Shown in pieces: positions 1 to 13,229 of a stretch of DNA of 64,000 nt. The notes beneath the pieces were generated by a model. It had not been told where the DNA came from, did no database searches, and saw only the letters and a program-made list of their open reading frames with translations. A program made the position numbers and the translations under genes. The stretch is from Haliotis cracherodii (lineage: Eukaryota): positions 37,076,001-37,140,000 of the forward strand of contig NW_027266341.1 of NCBI RefSeq assembly GCF_022045235.1. Direction: 5' to 3'. Position 1 is the stretch's first letter; every line of letters starts with the position of its first letter.

Positions 1-399
1 GAATATATTGTAATTTAAATTCTCTAAAGAAAGGAAGTTATAAGGACAAATAGAATACAGTTATGGTATAAGGTGTGGTTGAGGAGGGTATTACCCCGCT
101 TTTAGGATTCACAAATTGCACCCATGTTCGGATTGAACTCGGGTATTTGGCGCGACGAGCCGACTCTTTAACCACTGGACTCACGAACAAGCGCTTATAA
201 CCGGGAGGTAACGGAAAGTAGGTTATTTACGAGTGAACATGTCATGTTTTCTACAGCCTCTCATGGTGGCTAAAGTCATTTAAAAAAAAATTGATATCAC
301 TATTTTTTACTTGGAAAATTTAGGTCTAGATCTATACACACTTTCATTTAATGCACGTGACTTCATGTTTACACTGACAGCCTGTATCGCGGACTAAAA

Positions 400-1030
400 T
401 AGTTCCTCAAAAAGAGAGGTGACACGAGTGTATGCAAGCTCAACGTCCTCTACATGAACATCTGTTGCCGTTTGTTTCAAATATCATTGGAGGAGAATGG
501 TCTGTTAAGATGTGCATCAAGTACAAGACGTCAAAATGGCTGACACGATAAACGTGAAGGGAGATATTTCCGAAGTTGTTAATGAACCTGTGGCGGTTAC
601 ATGTATTAGTCATCATTGATCAATTGGCCGATCATTGAAAGGGGATTATAAAAATGTGTCAAATAGACACTATGGTAAATTCGTAGATTGCTGTAGACTG
701 TCACTGTCAGCCTAGACATGGATGGTTTGGATGTGCATCTATCGTATTGTTCTCTAGGATGGGTCGTAGCGAGGATATTGGTGAACGATCACGCAGTCAG
801 ATTCTCTGACGTTTCTCAATGTATGACTAAACGCCAAGTTCAAGGTTAAAGGGTCTAAATGATGAGAAAACAACGCTTCTCTATGTAAACGTGCAAGGGA
901 ATTCCCAGGGGTTCCCCCAGGAATGCGTTATTAGTCCGTCAGTGCTTATGTCATTTCAAGAATACGGTCTCTTCAAAAGCGTATGAACTTGTGTATTGAA
1001 CGTCAATTGTATGCTCAAGTGACCGACCTC
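400..1030 (+). mobile_element. Possible highly decayed Tc1/mariner-superfamily transposase remnant
   Basis: Frameshifted fragments (W.D.H...MGR near 720-790 and KRMNLCIERQ near 975-1005) loosely resemble the C-terminal part of Tc1-like transposases. Weak, by eye only. Confidence 0.25.
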
Positions 1031-1955
1031 TCGTCCAATGTAAAAGTTCTATATAGTAAATATTTAACATTAAAAAAAATACTGCATAATAAACAACTCC
1101 CACTCGTCCTTTGTTTCTTATATGAGATAATAACATCATGTACAGCCTCTTCAAGGATGCTATTAAAATGTACAAATTTTTAACATACTCACGCGTTTTT
1201 AATTAATGAAGACTCCCAGAAAACAATCCGACCTCCATTTTATGAACAGGAGGTTAAGTTAGGTATTTACGGGATATTCTCATAATTTTCACGTCGATCA
1301 TCTATATTGTTTCTCTCAAATAACGATTGTCAGATCTCTCCCACTTTTGAATGCGATCGTTCGGCCATTGCTCTTATCTGCGTTGCCTAAATACATCTAT
1401 GAGGAACAACTCAATAGACACTTCCCTCTTTAAAATAGCGTCGTCCAATTTACGTCATCAAGTCGCGAGCGCATGTTTAAATCTCCAGAAATGATAGAAT
1501 AATGTTTCATCGTGACACAAACCACACCTCGCTCTTCATTGTTTCTTGCGTAGCTAGTTTATATTCACAAATAGACTTCTCTTTCTTCTTCATTTTCATC
1601 TTGCATACAATAATGAAGACACCGACGTATCTTTCAAAACATTCATTTAACCAAAAGTATAATGTAAATTACAATCAATGGAGACACATGAGGTATTACG
1701 AATGGTACAGGCCAAACGAAACAATACATGCCATGAAGCAGTCACTATTGTTATGCAAACCGGAACTGAGACTGAAAGTCGTGGTTAAACACATACTTCA
1801 CCTCTTTCTACATCCGGTAATTCAGATCAATACTAATGCAAGATGCACAATATAGCATGTCGTTCATAATATGGCATTAAATACAAATTCAGCCTCAACC
1901 ATGAAAATTAAGATAACCTACTTAAGGAATTTATATTACTTCGAGGAAATATTAA

Positions 1956-2105
1956 ATGCTAATAAGTAAGATGCATTTCGTTTGAAAGCTAATTCTACTT
2001 CCAATGACATTTGTATTAAGCCCCAACAGGAAATATCAAATGCTGATAAGTTAGATGCATTTCGTTTGAAAGCTAATTCTACTTCCAATGACATTTGTAT
2101 TAAGC
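1956..2105. repeat. Short direct duplication (~66 bp, two copies ~83 bp apart)
   Basis: AGATGCATTTCGTTTGAAAGCTAATTCTACTTCCAATGACATTTGTATTAAGC occurs twice. Confidence 0.85.
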
Positions 2106-2749
2106 ACCCAACACATGTTGTTTAATTTAATCTCATATTAACGCTACTCTACATAAAATAATAAAGACAACTATATGTTTCAATGTATTCATTTTTATCA
2201 TTAGTAATATTCAAATAAAAATCAGTGGAGACAAATCATACAGACAAAACGAAACAATATGAAACATGATATGATGCAGTCGTGGTTCAACATCTATTAT
2301 AGTATCCCTGGTTGTTCTAGCAGGCGCTACTGTGTTTCAGTAAATCCTCACATTCCTCAATCTACCATAGTGTCTGTGTCTGTTCGGTTAAATATACATT
2401 ATCTATACAAGTTTACGCTGTCGGTAGATCAGTGTTTTGGTGTTGTAACTTCGTATATAGACATATTAATGTGACAATCAGTCTTTTTCATTTGGTTCTT
2501 TAGCTTGGTAACATTGCCAAAGAACATATAACATGTGACATGTGCTAACCTTTTGGATAATTGATTGCTGTTTCAGCAAATCCTCTAATTTAGTATACAG
2601 TGTATATGACCTTATATTCAATTGACAACCAACAGTGCTGTCACACACACAAACACAGGGAACAGAGAAGGTCGATTTACTTTGAGTGTGCCTAAGTCAA
2701 GAAAGTGAGACAAAGCATAGCCAAGTAATAATAACTCAAGATTGCATTC

Positions 2750-3035
2750 GGGGGTACGGGTGGCCATGGCCCAGTCGTCTAAGGCGCCGCGATTCGCTTG
2801 GTCACGCCAGAAACCTATGATTGTGGGTTCGAATCCCGGTTCGCCCCGATTTTGTTTTTAGGTTTGTCAGGACCATACCCGTGCTCGTGGGTTTCACCGA
2901 AGTGGTAAACGTCTGAGCCCTGCATCACTTCTGGATTTCCTCCCACATTAAGCTGACACGCCGTGATATAGCTGGAATTCTATTCAAAGCGGCGTTAAAC
3001 CCAACTCACTCACTCACTTACTCACTCACTCACTC
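2750..3035 (+). mobile_element. tRNA-derived SINE, family 2 (full length)
   Basis: A/B-box-like head (GGTTCGAATCCC), (CACT)n tail and a 16-bp TSD ACTCAAGATTGCATTC at 2734-2749 and 3036-3051. Confidence 0.9.
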
Positions 3036-3229
3036 ACTCAAGATTGCATTCCAATGACATTAGCGCAATGAAACACATAAATATACAAAACAAATATTAC
3101 ATAGCATGCATTGTCAACTTTATAAACAAATATATTACATGTCACACATCCGCCGCTGAAGGTCGAATTCTATTCCAGGTCACACAGGAAGTACAAGTAC
3201 GTACAGTGTTTGTGTGGTACGTACAGTGT

Positions 3230-3770
3230 GTGTGTGGTACTCCCGTGAGGTCATATCAAGGATATACAAGCCATATGGTTTACAAGAGTTTCAAGATGTG
3301 ATATTTCTTGTTCTTGTAGCCAACCCGTCTCAGTACATCCGATCAAATCATCTCTGCAGTGGACTAGCTCGAGCTTATGTATGTTTCCTTTTACACTACA
3401 TAAGTCTATTACTGAGTCTAAACTTTGAAAAAGAGCATTTTCGATATGTTCAATTTCTACATGAATCAGATCTGTTCCTTTAAGTTTGCCTATGTTCATC
3501 AGATGGTTTTAGGAAAGACATTATTCTTTTCCATGAGGGTATTTATATTATTGTGAAACCTGTTTTGAGAACTTCAATTACTGAGAAGTGCAGCCTTAAA
3601 CAAAGATAGTATTCCATTGCCAATGATGGTTTAATGTTCGTATTGTCAACAGTGACTTTTTTTTAACAACAATGGTGAACAAATTCATTTTGGAGAACCA
3701 AATAAATTACCTCCCATGACTATCACATGTTTGACATTTTCCCCGAGAACTTTTCTTTAGAAACGCTATA
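3230..3770 (+). repeat. Unclassified dispersed repeat; reverse-complement homolog at ~50420-50950
   Basis: Both copies translate NALFQSLDSV...VKGN..KL.L (ORFs 3251..3499- and 50613..50894+), and nucleotide similarity extends over ~500 bp. Confidence 0.75.
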
Positions 3771-3979
3771 AATAACTACTTTTCCATGTAGATTCATTCA
3801 GGATAATACAGACCCGTTTTCAATGGCACAGTATACACAGTCTTCTTGTTCATGTCAAATATAAGCATTTCACGTTGTAATTATAACGTACTATTCATGT
3901 AATATTTGACTAATCGAATGGTCTAATTATGTCCACTGGATGGGGCATCAACTGGTCCTGTTTGTGCCACTCCTGCTGG

Positions 3980-6900
3980 TTAAGGGGAGGTACCTTCTGT
4001 TGGAGTGACCTTTAGTTCATCATTTGCAGTAGTAGGCATGTTTGTACCTGGATAGAAAAAGACTGTTCATGTAATGTTGCTTGAACGTCACAGGCTTAAT
4101 GTACGAAGTGTTCGGCAAGCCAATGCCATTACGAATGTCTATTCGATTACTGTGCAGAGGTCGCTGTCAAACATTTTGCTTGTACCATTTTAATGTGCAA
4201 AATTTGCTTATAAAAACTATAAATATATTACTAACATTATCCGCACAATCAAATTTTCGGGATCACCCTGTCGTCTGCTGGTTCATACATTACTATTAAT
4301 CAAAGTCTCTCAGATCCTGATACGGCAAAGGGAAGTAATTCTACTGTGACATCTGTGAATTTGTAATAATAGGAAGTGAAACGAATGCGAGTCTCTTCAC
4401 TGGTTGTATTTAAAGAACAAATTGAAACCGAACCCCTCGGCCCGATGTATAAATTGTTATCTTTATAAATAGCCTGAAACGTGCAGAGTGTACCTTTGTG
4501 AGGTGGAGTTTGATCTGCTTCATCGTTTACAACAATGGTTGGTTTTGTATCTGGATCTACAATGAAACAAAGAATGTTATTCTCATTTTAACCTGGAGAC
4601 AATCAGTGTGAATGTTGTTTGAGAAGCTTTACGATCACAGACAGTTTGCTTCGACAATAGATTTGGAAATAGATAGAATTGCCAAATTGCGTGGAAGGGA
4701 TTTAAACTGGCTCACCATACTCCTTGGTAACCGGTGAATATACCCCTTGGTGACACGTGAGTATACCCCTTGGTGACCGGTGAATATACTCCTTGGTAAC
4801 TGGGGAGTATACCCCTTGGTGACCGGTGAGTATACCCCTTGGTGACCAGTGAATGGCCTTAACAATGCAGGTTCATGGTTTACAGAAGCTGCTGACATCA
4901 AGGGCGTGGAATAGTTGCATACTGCAGGTATTGTCGTATAAAGCAGTTGGTTACAACTTGGTAGAACACCTTTTGCCTGTTTTATGTTGTAGAACATATG
5001 TAGAGAATCTCACCCATGTGCCTTTTGATATCAAATATATCTACACAAGACGATAAAACTCTCGGAGTCTTAAACCTTCATCGACGAGTGTTGATATACA
5101 TGCTATCAAAAGATCCAAGGGTGAGATTCTAGGTATCATCCAACATCATTCCTCCAACTTTATCAGTTAGCAGACAATAAAAAGCACTCTCTTAAGTGTA
5201 AAAAGTACTGCTAACAGCTTCAGTAGGAGAGCCATTAGTGATGTCATTTGATTGTGACGTTATGGTTACCAATGACGTAACAATGGTCTGCAAAGCATTC
5301 TGATGCAATTTCATTGCGGCGACATCTTTAATGTAGATATCGCTTGATCGATACCTCCTGTGGCAGCCAGTTTTTGAGGCAGCCAGTTTTTCATTATATA
5401 TATATTCTTGGCCTTTGTCGGTATGGGGGCGGGAGTGTTATGGTGTCATACATGAAAGGCCATCTGACTTAATTATTGTGAATGGACATTTCACTGGCCA
5501 GTGATGTGTTGACGAAATCTTGCCTCTGTAGTTTCATTCTCTAGAATTATGGGCAGAAATGTTGAACTTATAAGATGACATTTTCTTAACACGTCCCGTG
5601 TAGAGCATCTGTGGGATGGCTTCGGGTGGCGAATGTACGCCAGAGACCCAGCACCCGCCAACGTGGCCCACCTGGGGGGAGTGTTTCATGTGTCATGGCG
5701 TGCAATACCAAGCAACCACACGTCAACGTGGCCCACCTGCGGGGAGTGTTTCATGTGTCATGGTGTGCAATACCAAGCAACCACACGTCAACGTGGCCCA
5801 CCTGCGGGGAGTGTTTCATGTGTCATGGCGAGCAATACCAAGCAACCATACGCCAAACATACTGCACCGGTCAACATGGCCCACCTGCAGGGGGGAGTGT
5901 TTCATGTGCATAGCGTGCAATACCAAGCAACCACACGCCAAACATACCGCACTCGCCAGATATTGATCTAAACGCCCGACACTTATCGCCATTACACCTA
6001 CACTATCAATTTATCAGTTCCCTTATTTTTTGTCTGTAGTATATATAGCAATTAGTATGGATAGTAAGTGTATCGTATCCGATTTTCTTTGAAAATTGTG
6101 ATTAAGTTTTAAAGAAATGTCATCATAAACACTAAAAACACTGAAATCGGAATTGCCTTGCGAGCATTAACACAGCAGGCAAGCTCCCACTGGTGACTTG
6201 TGCTGCAGTTGGAGTGGTTCATCAATTCTTTGAGAGAAAGGAGCCAAACATTTTTGATTTACCCACACCACATACTTTTTCAAACGTCCAGGACAACCTC
6301 ACCCACACTCCCCAACATCAAATTGTCTGTTAGTCTATTTTGTATATGTACCTGTAGATTTGTCATCCTCTTTGTCGATGATCCCAACTCGACCTCGAGC
6401 TCCCTTTGGTTTCCAGAAGATGACATAGCCCATTAGGATAATTGTTGCAATTATACAGCCCAGGGCAATGAGGCCAACCACCGTCGGCATTACCACATCC
6501 CTTACTATGCGTTCATTGCTGAAAGAAAACAACCTTGTGTTATCCCTTGCATGTAATAATGTCAAAATATATCCTTTAGGATGAACACAAAATATGTGTT
6601 CCTGAGGAAATATGTCTTCGGGATGGTGACAGTGTGCGAAATGCAAAGAGGATAATATGTACAGCATGTTCAGTAAGAAGGTGCCTGAATGAGCTACTTT
6701 GTATCATGTTTTGGACATGACATAGAAGGAAACCATGCCTATACTAATTGCAGTTCAGAAAGATGCCACACTTGTCTAATAAATAGCAACATAGTTCCGT
6801 CTCTTCTACAAGTTAACCGCAGTGATAATGCTGGATTATTGTTAAACTTGGTGTAAAACTCACTCACATATGTATGACAGATTGCAGACTATACCCATCG

Positions 6901-9900
6901 TTTCTACAACGAGACTCTGCCTTGACATAACGGGTGACCTACTGACATTCCATTGAACACCATTTACAAATGGTTCCTGACTGAGATGAGTAAGCTGCTT
7001 GTACTCCATTGTCATACAACATGGGAATCCCACAGGCCAGTTGAAAGACGCAAGTAAGTAGTGCTGTGTGTCGAGGGTATATGTACTGGCTGATCCGAGC
7101 TTTATTTCCCACATCGTGGATTCTACTGCAACGATCTTCAGTTTATGTATTGACTGTATTTAAGATGGTTGGGTGTTGCGAATGTCAGTCACGATTATGA
7201 CTGTGAGATATTTAAGCTTACACACTGTTTCGGCTATAGTCAGTTTCTATCTGATGCAATATGCGTCTCAGCTATGTAGCTATGGTGGCTTTATCTGACT
7301 ACCGCAATAGGAAGTAAACACTTGATTTTGTTTTCTCATTCGGTAAACATTATGATTTTGTTTATAACTGTCGTTGTTTCTGTAATACGGTTATGTGAGG
7401 TTAATTATTTGTTCTCTTTGACAAAATCACATGTTATCTTACCTCGTGTAAGCTAGCTCACCTCACTATTATGCATGAGAAGTTCAACTAGGAAGTACTA
7501 CACTTACTTATCGCACCAGAGCTGCTATATATTCGAAAAACAATTCGATTTTCGTTTTCGTGCAATCAGCTTATCAAATGTTTATTACATATACAAATGC
7601 TCGTCACGAGTGAAGGTCTAGCAGCAAAGACATTTCGGCCCAAAATAAATTCAGTGCATTTAGTTTATAGGGCACAGTTTATAGTAATGGTTTCTAGTTT
7701 TCAACGATTTGTCTACTTGACCTAATTGTAAGGCAGTGTTCGGTGGATAAGCTAGACTGGTTACTCGTATATAGCGATGTGTGTGCATGTGTGTGTGACT
7801 ACTTGTACTTGTCCGGACTAAAGTCCGATTTTAGTGCTAGCTCACTGAGGCAGTTATACATGAATACCCCACTCAGACACAGTATACTGACTCCGAGCCG
7901 ATAAGTCCTTTGTTTACCCTTAGTGCCAAGTGCAAGGCAGGGTAACAACAAGTACCATCTTTCAATGTATTTTCGCGTGGCGCTCTAGATATACTTTGAC
8001 CTAATGTCAGAGTAATGATTACAGACAAGTCAAACATGCATTTTCTTTTCATAATCCTTTACATTTTCAAAGTATACAATAGTATACTCCACCTTGTCGT
8101 AACAACAAGTTTTAATAGCTATTTTAAAATCACTGCATCTAAATCGAAAAAGAACTACTTTCAAGCAAGTGTCTAGGGATGTCAGAACATTCTCTACATT
8201 CAGTTGTGTTTTATAGTGGTTCTTCACATTACCAACTTCTTCACAAAACAACTCATAGCCAAATCCATACTGGAAAAGCATATTTACATTTCAGTTGCCC
8301 ATGTTGTACACCAACTACCATTAAATATTAGTACAATGTGACGTTGGCGTGGTAATCTGTTATCTGGAAGCTGAATAACACTACACCAATATTTGATGTC
8401 ATGTAAATGAGTTGCAATGGGAACCTCTCACATTCACCCAGGACCATGCCATTAATTACGATGTTATCAGTGGTGTTCTGCCAATTCCTAAGAAAGATTC
8501 ACAAATGCTTTTCTGTACATATTCAATAAATTTACAATGAGGGGCTTCCATAGCAAAGAATTGACGTTAGCAATGAATTAGATATGTTAAAGTAGGCAGA
8601 TACACTGATTTTGCGTTGAAAACAATATGCGGACACAACTGCCGTTCTGGCTTGTGAAGTTAAACAAGTTTTAGCGCTGGTCCATACAAGTTTGGATATA
8701 AACACTAGTCTCAAGTAGAATGAGACAATTTAAATAGGTTCACCCTTACAACAACATTTCTCTCCAACAGTACATATGTACAGTCGTCCACATTACTGAA
8801 GTCCGTGCCAGCTGAACAAGGCGTAGATGAGGGACGTGATCTCACCTGCCACAGCAGTATTCATGGGAGGTTTCCCCGCTTTTGCTCCCGCAGCATATGG
8901 TGTCGTCAGGATAGGCGTCATCCTCAAAAGTGCAATTTATTCTTTTTTCACCGAGCCCGATACAAACCTTCGCATCATGTGCTGCAAAAGAATAAACATC
9001 ATTGACAGTTCATTTCTGGTAAACATCACCATGGTACAAAATACAGCTTTCCCTCAGTATACTATCGCGCTCCCTCGCAATACTACCGACGCTCCATGGG
9101 GATCAGACATGGACTCTTCCCAAAGTTTGTGGCCGTTACTTGCAAGTCCGCGATAAGTATTATTAACTAATATCAAATGTTCTCTGTTGTGATATTGTTG
9201 GTAATTCTTTTCTTTCTAATTAAGGATTGACTGTGTATTTTTTCGGTTCATTGAGGTATGAATCGAAATACCGATGTGCAAACTATTGTAAGAATCCGAT
9301 ACGCGGAATTAGTGAGTGAGTTGGGTTTAACGCCGCTTTTAACATTATTACAGTTATATTACGGCATGTAAGCTTAATGTGGGAGGAAAGCCCGAAGTGA
9401 TGCAGGTCTCAGACGTTTACCACTTCGGTGAAACCCACGAGCATGGGTATGGTGCTGGAAAACCTAGAAACATAATCGGGGCGGGATTCGGGACTCGACC
9501 CCACAATCATAGGTTTCTGGCGTGCCCAAGGGACGCAACTCTGCACAGCCAATCGCCGCGCCTTAGACCACTGGACCACCCGTGCTCCCTACGCGGAATC
9601 AGACAAATATGACGAGATTGATAAACATTCCAGGCGTAGGAGAAGAACTGCATCTATTACGAATCCGAACAAATACGCCAGGGAGAATTAAAGGAGGCTG
9701 TTTCAAATGAAATGGTCAGTAACCTCCAGATTCAAGCATTAGTTTCCTGAAAACTGGTAAACACAGTTTGAAAATTGCAAGTTAGAAATGAAATGCGAAG
9801 ACATGACATTGATTTGTAGAACTGAGATTGTGCAATGCCGGTGTTCATGTTCGTGTGGTGTATTCAGCTATTTAGAACACAGGGGTCACAATGAACACAA

Positions 9901-10726
9901 CGAAAATTAAATTACTTAGATATGTTTCTGTACTTGGTGCAGGAAGAATTCTTCACGAAGCATTTGGCAAAGCAGCACCAAAGCTATAAGAAATAGCCGC
10001 CCATCAAATAGTTCCTGGTGGCTTTCCACAGCATTGTGAATAAGAGCCAATAAACTGATACCAATGGCCTTTCCAACTTCAGTATGCATGTTCTGGTTGA
10101 AGCTTTGTCACTGAGCTACTGATGAAGCCCTCATAAAAGGCCAAAAACTATTGTTTCTAAAAAAATGATTGACCACAACCATATTACCACATTCATATAT
10201 AATAAATTGTTGTTGCAACACATTTGACCCATTGTTTTGCCTTATATAGAAGACATTACTAGTCTCAGATGATATTTAAAAGTACATAATAAGTTTCGCG
10301 ATAAAACACGTTATATCCCTCCGCCGTACGCATTATCTGCCTGTTTTCTGTTCCCGCAGTAACTATTTATAATACCAGTTCCTAAAGGATTGTAATCAAT
10401 CAATAACATTGATAGATACCAGTACCTGGCTGAATAGTTATAATAGCTACATGGAGTGACACAGTGTGTACACTGTATTTTAGGTTCATACCTGCAAAAA
10501 CACAGAATTTTTAAAGTTGATTCTTAATTAACAACTGCAGCCCCTGTGTGTTTACACGAACTGAGTTCTGACAGTGACGAAAGCACCACACAGAGGCTAG
10601 AATTTGTACTACGGTTACGTCCATTTCATTTCTGATTCTCTTTGACATATGACACAAACAAATAGGTATATACTCACAAACAACAGCCAGTGCAAGAATA
10701 ATACACACAGTCGTTCGGGACAGCAT
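3980..10726 (-). CDS. Shisa-like/CYYR1-like single-pass membrane protein, paralog E (divergent; ~160 aa; 5 coding exons)
   Basis: Exons 10726-10678 (49 nt, MLSRTTVCIILALAVV signal peptide, GTGAGT donor), 8981-8846 (HDAKVCIGLGEKRINCTFEDDAYPDDTICCGSKSGETSHEYCCG), 6518-6352 (NERIVRDVVMPTVVGLIALGCIIATIILMGYVIFWKPKGARGRVG..., TM), 4556-4494 (DPDTKPTIVVNDEADQTPPHK) and 4047-3980 (GTNMPTTANDELKVTPTEGTSP*). All junctions are GT-AG with matching phases 1,2,1,1. The 3' exons are less certain. Confidence 0.78.
4715..4855. repeat. Minisatellite, ~21-bp unit (TACCCCTTGGTGACCGGTGAG-like)
   Basis: About 6 tandem imperfect copies. Confidence 0.85.
5001..5390 (+). mobile_element. Non-autonomous element with an internal palindrome; second copy at ~39391-39648 (-)
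   Basis: Inverted arms AGAATCTCACCC..TTTTGATA / TATCAAAA..GGGTGAGATTCT (5001-5131). The ~200-bp body (CTCTTAAGTGTAAAAAGTACTGCTAACAGCTTCAGTAG...) is reverse-complemented near 39400-39580. Confidence 0.7.
5655..5950. repeat. Tandem repeat, 65-bp unit, ~4 copies
   Basis: CAACGTGGCCCACCTG recurs at 5659, 5724 and 5789, with a variant copy at ~5872. Confidence 0.9.
7765..7985 (-). mobile_element. SINE family 4, partial
   Basis: Reverse complement of the body seen at 56254-56604 (GTCCGGACTA..., CTCAGACACAGTATACTGACTCCGAGCCGA). Confidence 0.75.
9310..9589 (-). mobile_element. tRNA-derived SINE, family 2
   Basis: Reverse complement of the 2750-3035 element; TSD TACGCGGAAT at 9300-9309 and 9590-9599. 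Confidence 0.9.
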
Positions 10727-11199
10727 CCTGCCGAACTCAGAGTATCAGAACCTAATGCAGGTGTACCTAGTGTACCTTCGCCATGATATGTACATACAAC
10801 GACCAAAACATGTATAGCTGACATTCAATGGAAATAGTCCCACGCCAATCGCCATTATAGCGATCTTTTATGTTGATCTCTTAACGCCGCTCATGGTGCA
10901 ATGAACATTGAGTAGGACTACATGCATTCATGTATGTCTTTCAGTGTATAGATTATTTGTAACTCTTACAATACCATGAAATACCTTTACTAGGCGACGA
11001 TATATGTGCATGTATTCAGTGGTTAAGGCACACATACTCACATTCAAAGTGTGTGCCTTAGCTACCGTGAATATAAAATAGACTCGGAGTTGATAATGTC
11101 GTTCCAGCGTATTCGAGAGCGGTTAGTACCGGATGTACATTACATTGAACGTACGAATGGATTCAATGAATGTTCTGACACTACTTTCCTCGATAACAT

Positions 11200-11450
11200 A
11201 GGAGCGGAGGGGTAGCCTAGTAGTTATAGTGTCCGCTCGTCACGCCCGTGTTCTTCATGTTCAATGTTTGAAGCCCATTTATGGTTACCCGCCTTGAAAT
11301 TGCTGGACAAATTCAAAAAGCGGCGTGAGTGAGTGAGTGAGTATGGTTTTACGCCGCTTTTAGAAATATTCCAGCAATGTCACGGGGGGGGGGGGGGCTT
11401 CACACATTGTACCCATGTCGGGAATCGAACCCGGGTCTTCGTCGTGATGT
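11200..11450. mobile_element. Two family-1 SINEs tail-to-tail (+ then -)
   Basis: GGGGTAGCCTAGTAGTTA..GCTCGTCACGCC head on +, followed by (GTGA)n..TTTTACGCCGCTTTTAG..GGGAATCGAACCCGGG on -. Confidence 0.75.
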
Positions 11451-13229
11451 GGATCATATGTAGGATCGTTTGATTGTCTCAGGATACACCCCGCATCCCA
11501 CACCACACACTACGAAGAGCGCACCAAGTCCCCAACCTTTCCCAGTTGAAAACAAGAGACAACACACTCACTTAGTAAACCGTAGTGATTCGTTCAAAGT
11601 TGTCCAGTTAATGCAAGACTGTTGCAAAGTGTATGTACCACATTATGAATGAAAGAATGCATCATGATCAAGATATGAAAATATTTGTAATTATGTACAC
11701 ATACACTAAGGCAACTTTAAACGGAGTTTTGGGGTCGGGATTGGTATGGGAGCAAGTCTCCTGTCTTGTTTCATCTGAATTGTTGAGCCACGCATTGTGG
11801 GTTTGGATGGACACTGTATTACCGTCTCTGTCTGGCATGAAGCCAATACATAAACTTTGACTTAACTTGACTTACTATCATTAGCCAACCGTACACGTAT
11901 ATTGTGTACTGCAGTTACACCTCATTAGATTATTATATATATTTAATCACTCGACCAAATTCAATTGTAGACGTGTCACATGGAAATGAAGAAAAACACT
12001 ACTTTGGTCTATTTAGATTGGATTGGATAAGAAGATCAAATGGTATCATGGTATCATCGATAGACATTTGACTGATGTTCAGGCAACAACCTTTATAAAA
12101 TTCCTTCATAAAATACTATATAAATTACGTGAACACATGGCCTTAACATGCATTTAAGTTTATGGGGACCGATTTTCATAAAGATCAGCTTGTTGACGTT
12201 CTTCTGCAGTTCTACATTTGGGGAATGTATGGTTACACTGACTTGACTCGTTGCTGTGCATCAATGACAATTTAACAGAAGTAGCATGTACAAGAATGTT
12301 CTACGTTGCATTCGAACTTACGTTGTGACTCGAATTAAAGTCAAATAGCTTTAAGTTAGCATTTAGTTTGAATTGGGTTGCGCTCACGTTAACCATAAGT
12401 AAACAAGTGATACCATTTCCAGTTCTACGTCCCTGTCTTCTTTTTATTGTAAGGAAAAGAGGAGACGCAGGCATGTTCGATTTGAGTTGAAATAAACTGT
12501 ACATTGTGATCTGAAATTGATAACACTTGCAGTCTTAACATGCAACCAACGTATACCGTATCGTATCATAGCTACTGTATATTCCAGGAACATATGTGTT
12601 GTTTGTTTTGTCAAATGAACTTTCAAAAGTTCATTAACATATACACGTATTCTCAAAGTACCAATCACACAGTGCACATGTGATGGGCTCCATTGGTGGT
12701 GGGAATGCTCTCTACTTATCGCGAACACCTGTATCAGTACAGTTGGACCCTAAACTCCGGCTTCTGAGGTGGTCGGAAGCATGCAATACACTCATCGTTT
12801 AGCAGACCTTTCGTATGGTAATGGAAATGGTTTTGTGGTTTTTATGATAAATACCTTACATTAAAAGAGTCTTAGATAAGGAACACGGACTCACTGTTAC
12901 AGCAATACACGTCGTAACAATACAGATAAATGAAACGATGGGCTGTTTTACTTTAAACTCATGTGCCATTGAAATGTATAAAATATATTCTTTGTAATCA
13001 CCGTGGAGCTTTCACATGTACAAATCGGCTCATACTACACTGACCGCATGTCCTTTTTCGAGAGGGTAAACACCCCTCACTTTTCAACCCACGCCCTATA
13101 CCCCCATCCCATATACCACAACCACCACGCAACAGACCAGACACTCATCTACATCATTCACATGCGTGGGGAGATCGATATGTTCTGAGCCTCACATTGA
13201 AAGACAAGACCTAAATGCCTTTTAATAAT

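Noticed and set aside
2750-2850. tRNA genes suggested by GGTTCGAATCCC B-boxes (many sites)
   Set aside because: Each continues into a shared SINE body with a microsatellite tail, usually with a TSD. No complete cloverleaf is present.
6860-7126. Possible additional exon of paralog E (AG...GTGAGT-bounded segment)
   Set aside because: The phase-2 frame required after the Cys exon hits a stop, and 8846 joins 6518 directly in frame with family-typical structure.
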